A DNA stretch of 64,000 bases from Tubulanus polymorphus (GCF_964204645.1 NW_027437456.1:1-64000); one strand, 5' to 3'. Shown: positions 48,439 to 62,655, counted from the first letter of the stretch. Notes: generated by a model from the letters alone, not told the origin. Numbers and translations are program-made.

Positions 48439-50883
48439 AATGATATGTATGTTGTCAACTTTTCAGGAATTTACATGATTGCTATTGAACTGCTGGATGT
48501 TTAATTTTTTTTAAATTACTATCTAAAGGAAACCGATGCAAGTGTGTGAGGAGAATTTTGCTGCAGATGACTATGACTTCAACTATCCTCCCTTATCTAA
48601 TTTCACACGTCCAGTGGAAGTAACCAATGAATTTCCACGTTCATACTCGAGTGTTTGTGCTTTGCAGCCAGCATTATGTAAGTATAAGAATGATACTTAA
48701 AATGGCATTTTCAGTTTAACGCATTGGAACATGTAATGAAAAATATTGGATTATTTTCATTGATTTCAAGCTGAACCAAAATCTGAAAGTGTAGTGATCT
48801 CATGTAGACGAACGAGAATCATTTCAAGGGTTAAAACTGACAAATCAACGAGTACCCGACAATCTAAGAAGAAACATCTCAGAAGACGACATGTGAGGAA
48901 ACAGACAACAGTGAAGAACACTGATTTTAGGACTACAAACCGGTAAATAATCATGATTCCAGATACCATTTCTTCAGAATATTCAATGTACCGCAATGTA
49001 ACCTTTCTATTTTTCAGGTGTGATTGTTTAACTGTGGAGAAAGTAAAGAAGGATATTTGGATTGGTGAGCAGTCTTCAACATATGCAGCTGTTCGTCAAC
49101 CTGCTAAGAGACTGGAGTGTTGGTGCAACAAATTTCATTATGAAAATGACATGGAATTGTTAGATCATGTGATAGATCACCATGTATCAAGGTAAAAACA
49201 TTGTAAAGCAAAGCTGAAATTATTTCTAAAACTTATTACTGTATTTTCAATGAATATGAGTATCTTACTTATATTCATTGCCTTACTAAGGCAGAATACG
49301 CAACAGCTGCACTAATGAATTACGGAATAATAAGTTATTAGGCTCTTAATAATCTTTTTGGTCATTTTACTGTTAGTATGATGTTGTTTGACTTGTCTAC
49401 TTATGAAGTTGTGAATATAATTAATGCGAGATTTTAAATTTCCTTTCAGAGAAAAATTGCTGATAGGAAATATAGAACAGAATTGTAGGAGCAAGAAACC
49501 TAATGACATTACATCAAGGTAAATATCAATTTGGGTGGTCATGAAACAATAACATTTCCCTGATTGATACTGATGGAAATTATTTTTAAGGTCAAGCGGT
49601 GGTGGATATGAAGAGGAAGTTATATTGATCAGCGATGATGAAACCAGCGACGTGAATGCAGAGACTACAACTAATGAGACAACAACACTCAGCGATGGAC
49701 TTGAGCATTTTTCAACATTCAATATTCCAGAAACCAGATCATCAACTAGTGTCGATTTTGTTATTTGTTCTGAAGAGTGCGAGAAAGCAGATCAGTCAAG
49801 ATACACACCACCTTTAAACCAGCTAAACCACATCAAAACTCAACTTCAAGATAGACTGACAAGTGGAACAGGGCACGCACATGTAAAACTTGATTATGGA
49901 TGCTTTAGTTTGGGTGAGATAAACAGGTTTATTTATATTTTAACTATTGTCAAAGCAAAGACAAATGAATTTAAGAAAGTATGTGACTGGTTTAATTCTG
50001 AGCCCTCCAACCACCCTCTTACAGAAACAGTCACCAGTGTTAATAATTTAAGATATTTCTTTGAGTGTGTAACTAAAATGGCCGATGAAAGATTCATTCA
50101 ACTTATGAATTACAGTGCTCAAGTTGATGAATTGCAAACTATGTATTTAGATAAATGGTATGAAGGTTCGATTATGCATGGCTTTGCCAGTTTGATTAAT
50201 CATACCTCTCCCCATGTGTTTGCTGATATTATGAATCAGACATTTTCCCTGTTAATTTCTGACCGTCTTTTAAAAAGGTTTGGAACTATTGAACAATGTG
50301 ATAGAATGATTCTTTTCCTTCATGTTGGTTGCATTAATATTACTGTTTTAAATGCTCACAATGCTAATCATTGGGCCCTTGCGGTTTATGATAAGGCTAA
50401 CAACAAGCTTTTTTATTTGGACACATTGGGATGGTCCTGTCCAATAGCATTAGTGGCTAATATCAATGAATTATGTTCAAATTTAAAACTACCATTGCCC
50501 ACTCTAATTTGTTGCCATGATGCTGAACAGCATAATACAAGCCGCCCAACTGTCAATTGTGGTAGGTGATGTGCACCTCTTTATCGGATTCAAACATGTG
50601 GTTCTGTCTGCGGTCCATCTGCTGTTCTCATTGGATGTCTTGCTGACCAGGATATTGAGGAATTTTCAAACCTAACTAGTTTCAGTCCTGTATCTTCAAA
50701 ACTTGCGTATTTACGTGATATAAGCAAACATTCACATTTTATACGCAAAGTTCTTATTGACTGGATAATTGGACAATCAATTCAGTTGAGTCATATTTTT
50801 TCGACTGAATCTCCAGTGATGCGAACAGAGAATCGTTTAGCATCTAAACTGAAGCGGAAATGTACGAAAATAATCTCAATTCC

Positions 50884-50921
<38 letters not shown>

Positions 50922-50978
50922 GTGATGGTGATGGTGATGGTGATGGTGATGGTGATGGTGATGGTGATGGTGATGGTG
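50884..50978 (+). repeat. (GAT)n(GGTGAT)n microsatellite encoding poly-Asp/Gly-Asp
   Basis: Read directly; it lies in the MULE reading frame of ORF 50786..51001. Confidence 0.95.
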
Positions 50979-53835
50979 AGAAAAACGTCATTCAAAGATG
51001 ATGATAAAATTACTCCAGTATGCCATAATATGTCCACAGTAAGTCATTCAGAATATACACACATTGACCTCAAGAAATCTCAAGGCCCTACTAGAAACAG
51101 CCCTGTAGTAGATGGAAAATGTTTTAACAAGGTAAGTGACTTGATAAGAGGGAAACCAATGATTCATCATCGATACAGGTACAATAAGCATACATTGGAA
51201 TTGAAAGTCACTTTGAAAACTGGAAAGCGGTTGCATAAGACATTCTTATGTACAGATGCTGGTAATGATGATAAAGTTTCAATGGATAAAATCAATGAGT
51301 TTTTGAACAATGGGGAGGCTTGTAATTGGATTCTAGAATCAAATAAAATTCAGTGGTAAGAAGATGGTGTATTAGAAACTGGTGTAGAAACCAAAAATTA
51401 TTTCAGTAAATTTACATTTGATATCACCAAAAAAGTAAAAATGTTTGACAATAAAAATGTGCGTGCTGTTTATCCAGGGAATCAAACAGCTATGAAGGTA
51501 TCGGTTACAGAAAAGGCTGGATGGGGGAAAACTCATAGATTTGATGAAAAATATGAGTTCATATCAGGAATCAATGAAAAACCTGATGGAAAAATTGTTG
51601 AATTGATCATAAAATGTTCATCGAAATCAAATGATTGTCGCTCCGCATGTGGTGAATTACTTAGTAGTTTAGACAGATCAACAAAAGCTATGAACTGTAC
51701 TGCATGTGGTCTAAACTTAGAATTGCCTAATAACATTTGTGAACACTGTGCATCTACGTCGAGTCAGAAATGGATTTTAGATGTTAATGGTAGAAAACTT
51801 TGTAGTACTTGCTACAATTATAAATTGAGAACAAACAGGGATCGGCCAGCCCAGATAAGATTAAATAATCAATCAAAACGCTTTCATCACCCTCATCTAG
51901 TTTGCGATTGGAAATTAAAGCTTGTCTTATATGGTGATAACCTTTCAATGTGGAAGGTATATAAACATTGCGATAATGATAAATATCATAAGAATGTTCC
52001 TGTACAATTAAATAAGCGTCCATCCCTGGCAACCAGAGATAAATGGGATCAACAACGAATTGTACTTAAAGCTACTCCAAAACAAGTTCTTTCTGCTACA
52101 AACAATCAACAGAAAGTCCATTTGTCAAATGAAAATGAGGAAAGCTCCTCATCAAATCATACATTAAAGCAAGTAAGTGATCGATTGCGTTATATCGATA
52201 GGGAGGCTGTTAGAAAAAGTATGCGAAGCCAAGATGATATCCCTTTGATTGGCTCAGATTGGCGCAATACTGAAAAACTATTAGAGACTGAAGTAGAATC
52301 GGTGATTTTATTTCAAAGAGGAGATCGCAGTTTTAAAAGAAATTATCATTTTGTATTAGCTCCTGAAAAAAATCTTTCATATTTATCAAAGTTTGGGCGT
52401 TCGGTTATAGGAATGGATGTTAAACATGATTTCAATGCAGTTAGATTTAAAACAAGCTTTATTACATTTACTGATAGTTTAAATGAAGGTCGTATAGCAG
52501 CAGCTTCAGTGAGCAATTCCGATGATGCAGATTCGCATGCTCTGTCGCTTCAGATTTTATGTGCTAATACACCTTGTCAAAGAAAAGAATGTCAACATCC
52601 TAGAAAGTTCTATATATACAATGATGGCTGTGGTTTTTTCTCAATCCGTCCATGTTCTTTCATTCAAGCCCTTTCTCCTCTGGTTCAACATGACAAAGAT
52701 ACTGCCCTTAAAAGGGGAGCATCATTAAATGGTTTGCTGTCTGTACTGTGTAATTTTCATGCTTTACAGTGAATTCGACGTACTTTGAATGACAATTCAC
52801 AATTGAAATTGCTTATCAGGCCATTAGAGAAAGGATTTAAATGTGTTATGCGCTCATGGGATGAACCTTCTCGCAATATCCTTGCTAAAGAATTTCTTAA
52901 ATTTATAAAGAATAATATCCCTTCAAATTTACTAAGCGATGACTCAAAAAAAAAATTTGATAAATTATCTTGAGACAAATAGGTTTTCATCCGAAACATG
53001 GTCAGACATATTTAATGCTGCGCCATTATATCGTACCATAGCTACTGAACGTCACAATCCCCTTCTTATGACAGACAATGTTACTGAACGAAAATTCAAA
53101 GATATAGATTCAACGTATTTAAGCAATCATCTCAACCGTTTGATTTCAATTTTTGTAGTAAAAATACTCCGTTATGTATTTGATAATGATTTAAAAGCGG
53201 CCAATTTAAATTACCAAAAATCTTCAGAGAAGATTCGAACTATACGAAAGAAGACATAAGTGCGAGAAACCTGTGATAGAGCACTTGAATTAGTAAAGGG
53301 TGGATTTTTGGTTGCGTGTGATGGAGATGGTTGGGGTGTTTTTGAAAGTCCTCGTAGAAAGTCGAATAGAAATAAATGCGGGTCTGAAGATCTATCAGAT
53401 GAGCCGCTGCCTGATCAATTTTTGAAAGTGTCAGAATGTTAGAAGATAGATTACCATCAAGTACACCTATAAGTAGTCAGTTTCTCTCCTCCTGTGATTT
53501 TAATCAGATCTCTAATGAACACAGTTATGATATGATCAGCAAATGTCGCAGTTATGTTGGAGACTTAGATTCACTTGCTGCGAGACTTTATTTTAAGTAT
53601 TTATTCACCTTGGTTCCGGATGCAATACAAGAGAAAATAGGCGATAATTCTCATATAGTTAATCTTCAACTAGGTATTTGTAGCAGCGAAGCATTTATTA
53701 TGAAGGGTCAACCTTACTTCTGCAAACATCTATTTGCCCTAATGGCTCACAACAAGAAACTAAACAGTGTTGAAGCAATCATTTTTTTCTCAGAGTTTAA
53801 AAAAAATCATATACTTTGATAGTTCATTTAAAAAT

Positions 53836-53883
53836 GTTGACTGCCTTCCGGAAGTCATGGAAGGCAACCTGGATCCGCCCCTG
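53836..53883. mobile_element. Solo end of the hAT family seen at 21105-25417, inside the MULE gene
   Basis: ttgactgccttccggaagtcatggaaggcaacctggatccgcccctg is almost identical to 25371-25417. Confidence 0.8.
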
Positions 53884-54885
53884 ATAAATTAGGAAAAACG
53901 GTACTCGATGAAAAGATTGACTTGTCACAAAATGTAATTAGTGAACCAAAATAAACCAGCTGAAAGTGAATTGCAAGTGAATCATAATAAAGAAAACCCC
54001 GACTTAGGTATTGATAATGAAGATGATATTGGTAATGATGACTCGACTGTAGATAAAAAAAACATGTGAAGTTACTTCAGACCTAAAAGAAACAAATAAA
54101 AGTGTTCCTGTCAACACAAATAAGACAGTTCTATGTTCGTTATGCGTAAAAAATAATTCTGAATCTCCTTATATTTGTTCAAGTCGTCCGGAGCTTGATA
54201 AACATATATCTGTTGTCCATGACCTAAAACTTATCATGTGCTCAATATGTTGGGCATCGGGTGTTACTTTATCTTTTCCTAGTATACCACATTTAGAAAA
54301 ACATGTTAAACTTGTACATAAATTCAATAGAGTTAAAAGAGTTAAATACTCAAAGACTAGAAATAAGAATGTCACAGAAAAAATATCAGAGGTAAATAAA
54401 TGTAACAATGAAGTCGATTTGGAGAAATTAACAAACAATATTGGTTCCCCTGGTATTCGAAATATTGCTAAGTTAAAACTAAAAGATGTCTGTAAAGATA
54501 AGAAAGAGAAAAGTCCATCTGAGATTATGGCAGAAACAAAAATACAAACACAATGGAGGTGTCCTGTATGCAAACAGAATTGTAGCTCTAACCCAAGTAA
54601 ACATCAATCAATTGGGTGCGATACATGTGACCAATGGTTTCACTGGAAATATGTTGGTTTGACTGATGAACCATTGACTGAGAAATGGTTTTGTCTTTGC
54701 TGTGACCCGAACATGTAAATTCCTTCGATTTTGCTTTGAGAAAGTTGCGGAGCGAGTACCTGGGAATAAAAACGTGGGAAGGGTGATTTCTCTGTGACTT
54801 TTTTGAAGTGCAGCAATTCTCTTACAAGAAAAACAAGAAATCAAAGTCTGTCACTCCAGGGCTGACGTTTTCTTTTTTTACCGCA

Positions 54886-55213
54886 TTATGTGATAGTAGA
54901 TTTCATTGAGTGAAAATTGTTATGTGATAGTAGATTTCATTGAATGAGAGTGGTTAAGTGATAGTAGATTTCATTGAGTGAGAGTTGTTATGTGATAGTA
55001 GATTTCATTGAGTGAGAGTTGTTATGTGATAGATTTCATTGAGTGAGAGTTGTTATGTGATAGTAGATTTCATTGAGTGAAAATTGTTATGTGATAGTAG
55101 ATTTAATTGAGTGAGAGTTGTTATGTGATAGTAGATTTCATTGAGTGAGAGTTGTTATGTGATAGTAGATTTCATTGAGTGAGAGTTGTTATGTGATAGT
55201 AGATTTCATTGAG
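54886..55213 (+). repeat. 34-bp tandem minisatellite (about 9-10 units)
   Basis: Unit ttatgtgatagtagatttcattgagtgagagttg. Confidence 0.95.
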
Positions 55214-58200
55214 ATCTAATGTTTAATACAAACTTGTGGATTCATCAACATCTTTCTTTTTTCAGATGGATTTATCTGCATGTGGGTTTATTTATCCCTT
55301 TTCTTATTCTGCCCATCCCTCTCAACATGTACCCTCATGTATTTACATTCCATCACATTGTGTTGCGTAATAGTTATTGAAATAAATATACAGCTGTACA
55401 ATTTAAACTTTCATCTCTTTTAGCTTTATATGGTATTGTATATTGTATAACAATTATCAAAATTAATATTCAATTTAAACTTTTATCTTTTAGCTTTATA
55501 TGAAAAGGTAATGAAATTCATGTTTTAACTATATACATGTACTACACATTCACTTGTAAACATTCTTGCACGCGTACAATATTCTTCGTGCTGGTTTCTT
55601 ACTGGTGCTTTTGTTGCTTAGGTTTAATATCTCACATCTCTATGTACAGTCAACCCCCCTCCTCGATATACTGCGCCCAAATCGGTGCAGGACAATTTTC
55701 GCTGTGTAAAGAGTATGGCAGTATATCGGCGTGTGTTTTACTATATATTTGTATGGAGTAATACATAGAGCAAACCTGGTCGTAGGCATGTGTGGCGGTA
55801 TATGGGAGGGCGGGGCGGTATATAGGGGTAGACTGTACTTCTTTCACTTTAATATTATTTATATGATTTATTCCAGTGGTATTGTTTTCTCTTTACATCT
55901 TTGTTGTTCTTGTTTTACTTTGATTATAGACGTATTGTTTTTCTATACATCTGTGTTGTACTTTTTCTACTTTGATATATTATTTATTATAGATGTATTG
56001 TTTTTCCCTACAATTTTGTTGTACTTGTTTAAGTTATGTATTGTTTTTATAAATCCTCGGTAGAGAGTCGAGTTAAATAACCATAAAAGCGTAAACATGA
56101 TGCATCTCATTTTCAAATGAGGAAATAAGTTTATAAATAATGAACGTTTTCATAAAACAAGTGACTACAAATGGATAACAAGATACCTTGTTCCTGAAAA
56201 CGTTCTTTATTAATGAACTTATTTACTCGATTGAAAATGAGATTCATCGTGTTTATACTTTTATGGTTATTGTTTTTATACTTACATCTTCGGTGTACTT
56301 TCTCACTTCAATGCATAAATTGATTCAAGATGTATTGTTTTTTTACATTGTCAGTGTACTGTTGACTTGAATGTATGTATGTTTTCTACGTGTATGTTTT
56401 TTAGATGCCCCAAAAGACATGTGTACTTTAAGATCATGTAAATCAAATGATCTTCAACCTTGTAATTATGGCTATTTCCAAAATCTCGATGTATTAATTA
56501 GGCAGCCAAGAAAATTCACCCCAATCAGTCGCTTGCCGGTTCAGACTGACTGAAGATTGTTTCGAATGAACCGGAACCGAATTTCCCAATTATGTACTTC
56601 GATTTAAACAAAAAATTCTGTAAACTCGACCGCCGATCACACAACTATATCTGTACTTCGATTTCCGATTTCGAAATTAAACCCCCTGTTTCGCTCCCGG
56701 CAGGTGTGGTGGGTTTGTCTCAATCGAAAGATCGAACGAAATTTACCAACCAAATAAATAACAGGGACAATCCCTATTTTAAGATAAAAAAATATCATGT
56801 AAATCAAAAAATAATCTAAAACCAATTGCTTAAATGATGTGTTTTGGTTTTGCATCAGTGTCTTTGTACACTATAGATAGGTAAACATTGAAGTTACTGG
56901 TATTGCTGTTAGCATTTATGTTGACAAAACTATAATGGTATCCCCTAACTATTTTCTAATGTACATGTACTAGAAGTTAAGCTAGAATAATTTTGGAGCT
57001 TGGTGCATTATTTTCCACAGATAACTTAGTAGATCATTGTGCAGTATTATGAGAATAAGTTGGTATTATTGCATTCACAATTAATTATGATTAAAATTAA
57101 TTACAATTTATTAATATTGGTATTATTGCAATCACAGAGGTACTTTTATTTCACTGCTTTTGTGGCTGTTGTGGGGTGAGTACCTGGGAACTAAAACGTG
57201 GGAAGGGTACTTTCTTCATGACTTCCTAGAGGTAGTGGTTTAATTTTTACCACTAGAAACTTGTTTGATAAAAACATTCTGTCAACTATATGTCTAGATA
57301 ATCTCATCTTATGTTTATACGAACAAGTGAATTATTAAAATAAATTGATTCCATTCATATTATATATTTCTCTAGTTATTCAATCAATCAGGAGCCTAGT
57401 TCCATAGGTGTGAGTTATGATTCGACCAATTTTAACCCACAACCAACACAACAGGATCACAGCATTCTACGATTTTGCCAATAATTGCTTAAGAGGATCA
57501 TTTGTATTTTTGAGGATGACAGGTGTTCAAGTGGGCTTCCTGTAAGCTGAAGATATAGGTCTATACCGGTACATTGAAAAAAATGATGTATTTTTCTGTT
57601 ACTCATTCGGGATTCGAACCTTGCACATACATACACCCTGGGTTTATCAAAGTTTATTATTTCATATTCGGGATGCTATAACATTTTTACACGGCAAACA
57701 ATAAACCAGTGACACTTACATCATTAAAGTTCATGTCGAAACGGTTTGAAATACGATGGGTAATTTTCGGGATTCGAACCTAATAGCGCCACTTAAAAGA
57801 TGAACCAGCGCAATAAGATCAATATTTCATCAATATTTTACGGGATTCGAACCTAATAGAAATTGCGTAGAAACTACAGCGACTTATAGTCATTAAAGTT
57901 CACATGCTGTTCACATGTAGTGACGCATGCGCCCTCTGCCGATTTCTCGACTTAGAGCAATTTCCTGCACTGACTAATGCACATGCGTCAGCTAGAAACG
58001 GAGACTTGGGGAACTTTACGGTTTTTGCGATAACTATAAGATTACGCAGAGCAAAACAGTTCCGTCGGTTCCGCGATGTTTATAGTTCCACTTGATAGTA
58101 GTGTAAATTTTATTTGTTTCACAGCTATGATTTTCTAATATTTAACATTAAAAATTTAAAAAAGTAGTTTCACAATAGATGATTTGATAGCAAAGGTAAA

Positions 58201-60677
58201 GGGAGTAAAAATTCAGTTAGCGTAAGGATACGCAACAGAGTGATGACGCCTTTAGACTGGTTACCTGTCCTATTCAATATCATACTCGCTTGCCAGTGGT
58301 CCAGTATGGCTCTCCGAACGAACTCGCTTCCACCAGCAGAATGGCTTTAGCTTAGTGGCCGGCTATTTATACTGTGCTCAAATGTATTTGTAAAATACGT
58401 ATGGAGGACGATTTTGAATGTCGACCAGTCACTGTCTGAGAGGAATTAAATGTCTTTGCACAGATATTATTGCTATTAGTATTAAACTACCAGTAGCAAT
58501 TATCAAAAGAAATATACTGTTTCAGGTGGTTTTGCAAAATCATTGAAGACATCATTGAAATCATTTAAAGCCTCTAGAAATATTATTTCTTGAGTTATAG
58601 AGGTACCAGTTATAAAGAATGCATACGCCATATATATTAAGGAGTAAAAAGTAAACAAAAAACATTTTCTTTATTTTGAAAAGAAAACATTGCAATATGA
58701 AATAAAGTACATGTAGATGTAAATTATAACATAGAATCATGGATGATGAAAAATTGAATTACAATAAATAAATTGTACAGTCATCATGTAATCAAATATC
58801 AAACATCACAGTGTTAAAATAGGACAATTTTTACACAAACCAAATTTAGCTAAAGCAACATTCGTGAATCATATAATTAGAACAATTAAATTTGTACGGT
58901 AACAGAAATGACATAATGAGTCATAGTCATGTTGAACAATTTCATGTAAAATCAGAGCGGAGTGAAGTAAACATAAACTTACATGTAAAATGAAGAGATT
59001 AAAAGTTTAGGAATTTTCAATTTTGCATGTATAAGTCAAAATTGTTTCTATAGAACTTAGAAATTAAGATTGATTTGAAGTTAGAAATTGTGTTACGGTT
59101 TCACAAGTCGCAGTTTGGGTTTTTTATACGTTAAGCGTTGTAGTAGGGCAACCAAAAAGAATAACAGTAATAAGCAAGTTTTCAATAATACTTTTGAAGT
59201 ATAATACAGGTCTTTCTAAAGATAAAGTTTGGACTAAATTGTGTTCTGGCAACCATTTTTTGGTTCATGTGCCTTTTGCATAAGTATAGGTCAGACACAA
59301 GCCTAGAAGCAACCAATTGACGTAACAGCTTGTCCTCAGAAAGTAATGTTGATAAATAACGACGGCAAAAATGATTATCACATATCTGCAACTGTTATTT
59401 AGTAGGATGCAACATCTTTTTAAATAAATACATATATTACTAAAGGAAATACACACGGAGTAGGAAATGAAAGTGTTGACAATATATAAATTATACAGAC
59501 ACACTATCTAATGAGAATATATATGAATAAAGAAATATATTTGATTAAATATATTTCAATGATGCTAATATTTGATTCTAGCGTATCGACATATTCTTTG
59601 TTTTACATAAACTTCTTGTCAGTTGGATTCCTGTGTTCGATGAATAGTTGCAAGAAGTGGCATATTCAGAATACAACAACGAGTCTATAACAGTATTTAA
59701 GTAATGCTTCTTAAATGTATATTGTTGAGTGAGCGTTGCAGCTTGTTAATTGCTGAAATGATAAAACATTTTTGTAAATAAATTAGGAATTATAAGGCTA
59801 ACTAAATCACATAAGTGCATATTAATGTTACATGAATGCAATGACAATTACCTGATTTATAGTCAATTCAGACACATGACTCGAATGAACTCATCTTAGG
59901 GATGCGAGCAACATCCCATTTATACAGGAATGCAACAGTTGTTTGTTGAGTTGTAGGTATAGTTGTGTTAAGTTGTTGCAGCAAGTTGTACTTCCACAGT
60001 ACCAGACAGCGGAGTCAAGCTGGTTGAATCAATTTAAGACCAGCATATATAATTAAAGAAAGCTGTCTCTACATGTATTTCCTGAAAGTTAGCAAGATAT
60101 TGAAATGAGTAATCATTGAGATAGAAAAATGGAAACTTCTTTATATGCACAGGACTATTTTACCTCTTTTTACCTCTTGAACCATGAGTTAAATATCATT
60201 ATAGATGTAAATGGTATGTTTTGAAATAACTGTTTCAAGTAATGTTTCTTATGTTTTCTTTTGTTGGGTCTGCATTGCAGCTTGTTAATTGCGAAAATGA
60301 TCAATATAAAAGTTAACAATTTTTGCAAATAAATTGAGATTTATAAGGAAAAGTAAGAGTATATCAATGAGTAATGAATGAATAAACATTACAAGTACCT
60401 GATTTAAATTCAATTCAGACATATGACTCTAATGGGTTGTTAAGAATATGAGCAACATCACATTTATACAAAGCAACAGTACTTTACGGCTGTAGAGTTG
60501 TTGGTATACTAGTTGTGTAAACTTGTTGCAGCCTTTGTAGTTCGACAGGAATAGATTGCGGACTCAAGCTGGTTAGAGTAATTGAGAACTGGCAAGTAGA
60601 ATAATAGGAAGTTATATCTAATTCTTAAAAGTTAGCAAGATACCGAAAATCACTAACAAATGAAATTGAAACATGCT

Positions 60678-62448
60678 AATTAGGGTTTTCTGTTACATCA
60701 CAGAAAACCCTATTGAGATTCGCGTGTTTCTTCTTATTATTATTTTATGTCACACTATTTTCACTAAAAGAACTAAGGCTTTGTTACCTTGCCGATGTTG
60801 TCGATACAATCCGTATGATATCGTTCAGCTTACTGAGATCTACAAATACTCCGCGTGTTTTTTCACGAATCATCGTTATAAAAGCACTGTCGGGCCGTAA
60901 ACATCGAAAATTTAGCCCCATTCAATGGGCGACATGTTTTTCGAGTCGTCATCCCGAAATCAACCCGCAGGCCGATATTCACTTCGAATATCAATTCAAG
61001 TATAAATGAACTAATTTATTGCCGCAGACTTCACATTCCGCCGCGGTCTTCAAACAGTAATTTTAACAATAGCTCATTTTCTTCATCAAATAATTTTACC
61101 GATACACTGGAAATTTACTACTTTAGATTTTAAAAGCACTGTCGAGCCGTAAACATCGACGAATCGACGTGTGTCACTACATCGTCGTTCCGTGGATCAG
61201 CTGCGAGTTTCTCCTCATCATGAGAATCAAATCGAGTGCTAATTAATTTATTACTACCAGTGATTTGGCTGCGGGTTTCAAGGAGTTAGTTTAACAATAC
61301 CTATTTTTCATTACCGAATTAACTGTGTATTTACTAAGATAAATCTTTAGTGTACTGGGGAGTCGTAGGCCTAAACTAAACACGCCGAAGAGATATAACA
61401 GAGAAAAGTTGTTATGTCGACGAGGTATCAAAATAAAAGAATAATTACTTTATTCGGCCGCGGGCTTCAACCTCTATATCAATACCATCAATACTCTATA
61501 TTTCCTACAGTACATACCGATCATTGTCAAATGCACAAGCTTTTTACTAAATACAAGTATATAACACACTCCTATCCGTATGCTGGACTCACACTTGACA
61601 TTCGGAGTAAGCGTTCGCTGTGGGGGAAAGGAGATCGTTCGCTGTGTCGCTTGAAGATTGAGTTTTACGCGACCTTAAGGTTTTAGGCCTACCGGAAATG
61701 ACCTTTAATGTCTCAAACAAACACAGTATAATTGTTGCGTTTATAAACGGACTCATTGGATTGAACTTCAAAACAAAATTTACGATATCTAGGAGGGTTG
61801 TTATTCAATAGGCCTACGACCAATCTGTCCGGATGTTAGGCCTACGCATATACATAGGCCTACGTAGGCTGGTAGCCTCTACTAGGTTAAAGCTAAGTTC
61901 ACTGTAAATGAGGAATCAGATTTATTAAAATGCATGTGTAATTAGTGAGTAACTGGTTCTGACTTGCAACGATCAATCACCATTATCAAATTTATTGGCA
62001 AAAATGAAGATTTTTTTTAAATTCCGTCTGAGCAGACAGCTTTATAAGCCAATGATGAAAAAACTAAAATGAAAAGTCTGGCTTATAAAGCTGAGTTTTT
62101 TCATCATAAATGAAACTGGTATTTCATTAATTCCTTATAACTTAAGCCGGACGTAGGTCGGCTTTGCGACGGCTTGTGACTCACTGGGACGCCATTCACG
62201 GCAACCGCCAGCGACGATTGTGTCGCAACTACTCATCGACCTACGCTCCCTTGCGACGGGTTGCGACTGTCAGCAACGCCAGTCACAAGGAGTCGCACCT
62301 GTTCTACTTTCTGCGCCGCGACGCGACTGTCACAACCGACCTACGCGCTCTTGCGATTGGCAGAAACTATAGTCGAAAAAAGTTACTGACAATCGTATCG
62401 CAACCGACTTGCATCGAAACTTGCGATGCAACGCAATGATCGCATCGC
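60678..62448 (+). mobile_element. Diverged copy of the 29730-34530 non-autonomous family, without the 31-bp array
   Basis: Collinear with 29837-30700, 31740-32150 and 33245-33395, and begins with the same tagggttttctgttacatcacagaaaacccta hairpin. Confidence 0.8.
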
Positions 62449-62655
62449 AGTAATAGGGATAATAGGCTTTCAAGCCAAAGGTCGAACGGTCGAGCTCGTA
62501 AAAAATGAAAAACATGAAAATAATAACAATTTCTACTTGAATTACTCGCGAAACTCATAAAAATGAAAAATAAATTCTCACACGCTCGAATTTATTTTTC
62601 ATTTACTCACCCGCCCGTTCAACCTTTAGCTTGAAAGCCTATTATCCCTATTACT
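62449..62655. mobile_element. About 205-bp MITE with about 40-bp TIRs
   Basis: agtaatagggataataggctttcaagccaaaggtcgaacgg ... ccgttcaacctttagcttgaaagcctattatccctattact. Confidence 0.8.

Larger units (their letters stand above)
47718..54718 (+). pseudogene. Mutator-like (MULE) multidomain transposase gene: SGNH hydrolase, Ulp1/C48 protease, GATA zinc finger, MULE DDE, SWIM, C2H2-like and PHD
   Basis: Exons 47718-47808, 47890-47956, 48056-48192, 48529-48677, 48771-48942, 49018-49191, 49450-49518 and 49591-54718. Motifs: ADGFHFSRLG; NHWALAVYD, YLDTLG and QTCGSVCG; CEHC-x17-CSTC; IGMDVKH, HDKD, LCNFH and TDNVTE; ICSS..CKH; CPVC..CDTCDQWFH..WFCLCC. There are multiple stops and frameshifts. Confidence 0.82.

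Noticed and set aside
50791-51001. Poly-Met/Val and poly-Ser/Pro ORF segments
   Set aside because: These are alternative frames of the (GAT)n(GGTGAT)n microsatellite.
57605-57856. tRNA genes suggested by GGTTCGAATCCC B-box-like motifs (also near 5012, 7055 and 10998)
   Set aside because: No cloverleaf or correctly spaced A box could be built. At most these are SINE-like or repeat fragments.
55537-60640. Short ORFs and a diverged about 555-bp duplication (59720-60100/60275-60640)
   Set aside because: This is low-complexity AT-rich sequence with no recognisable protein motifs or splice-consistent frame.
62454-62466. Resemblance of tagggataatagg to the I-SceI site, next to an endonuclease gene
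   Set aside because: The match is partial, it is simply the TIR of a MITE, and the neighbouring enzyme is not a LAGLIDADG type.
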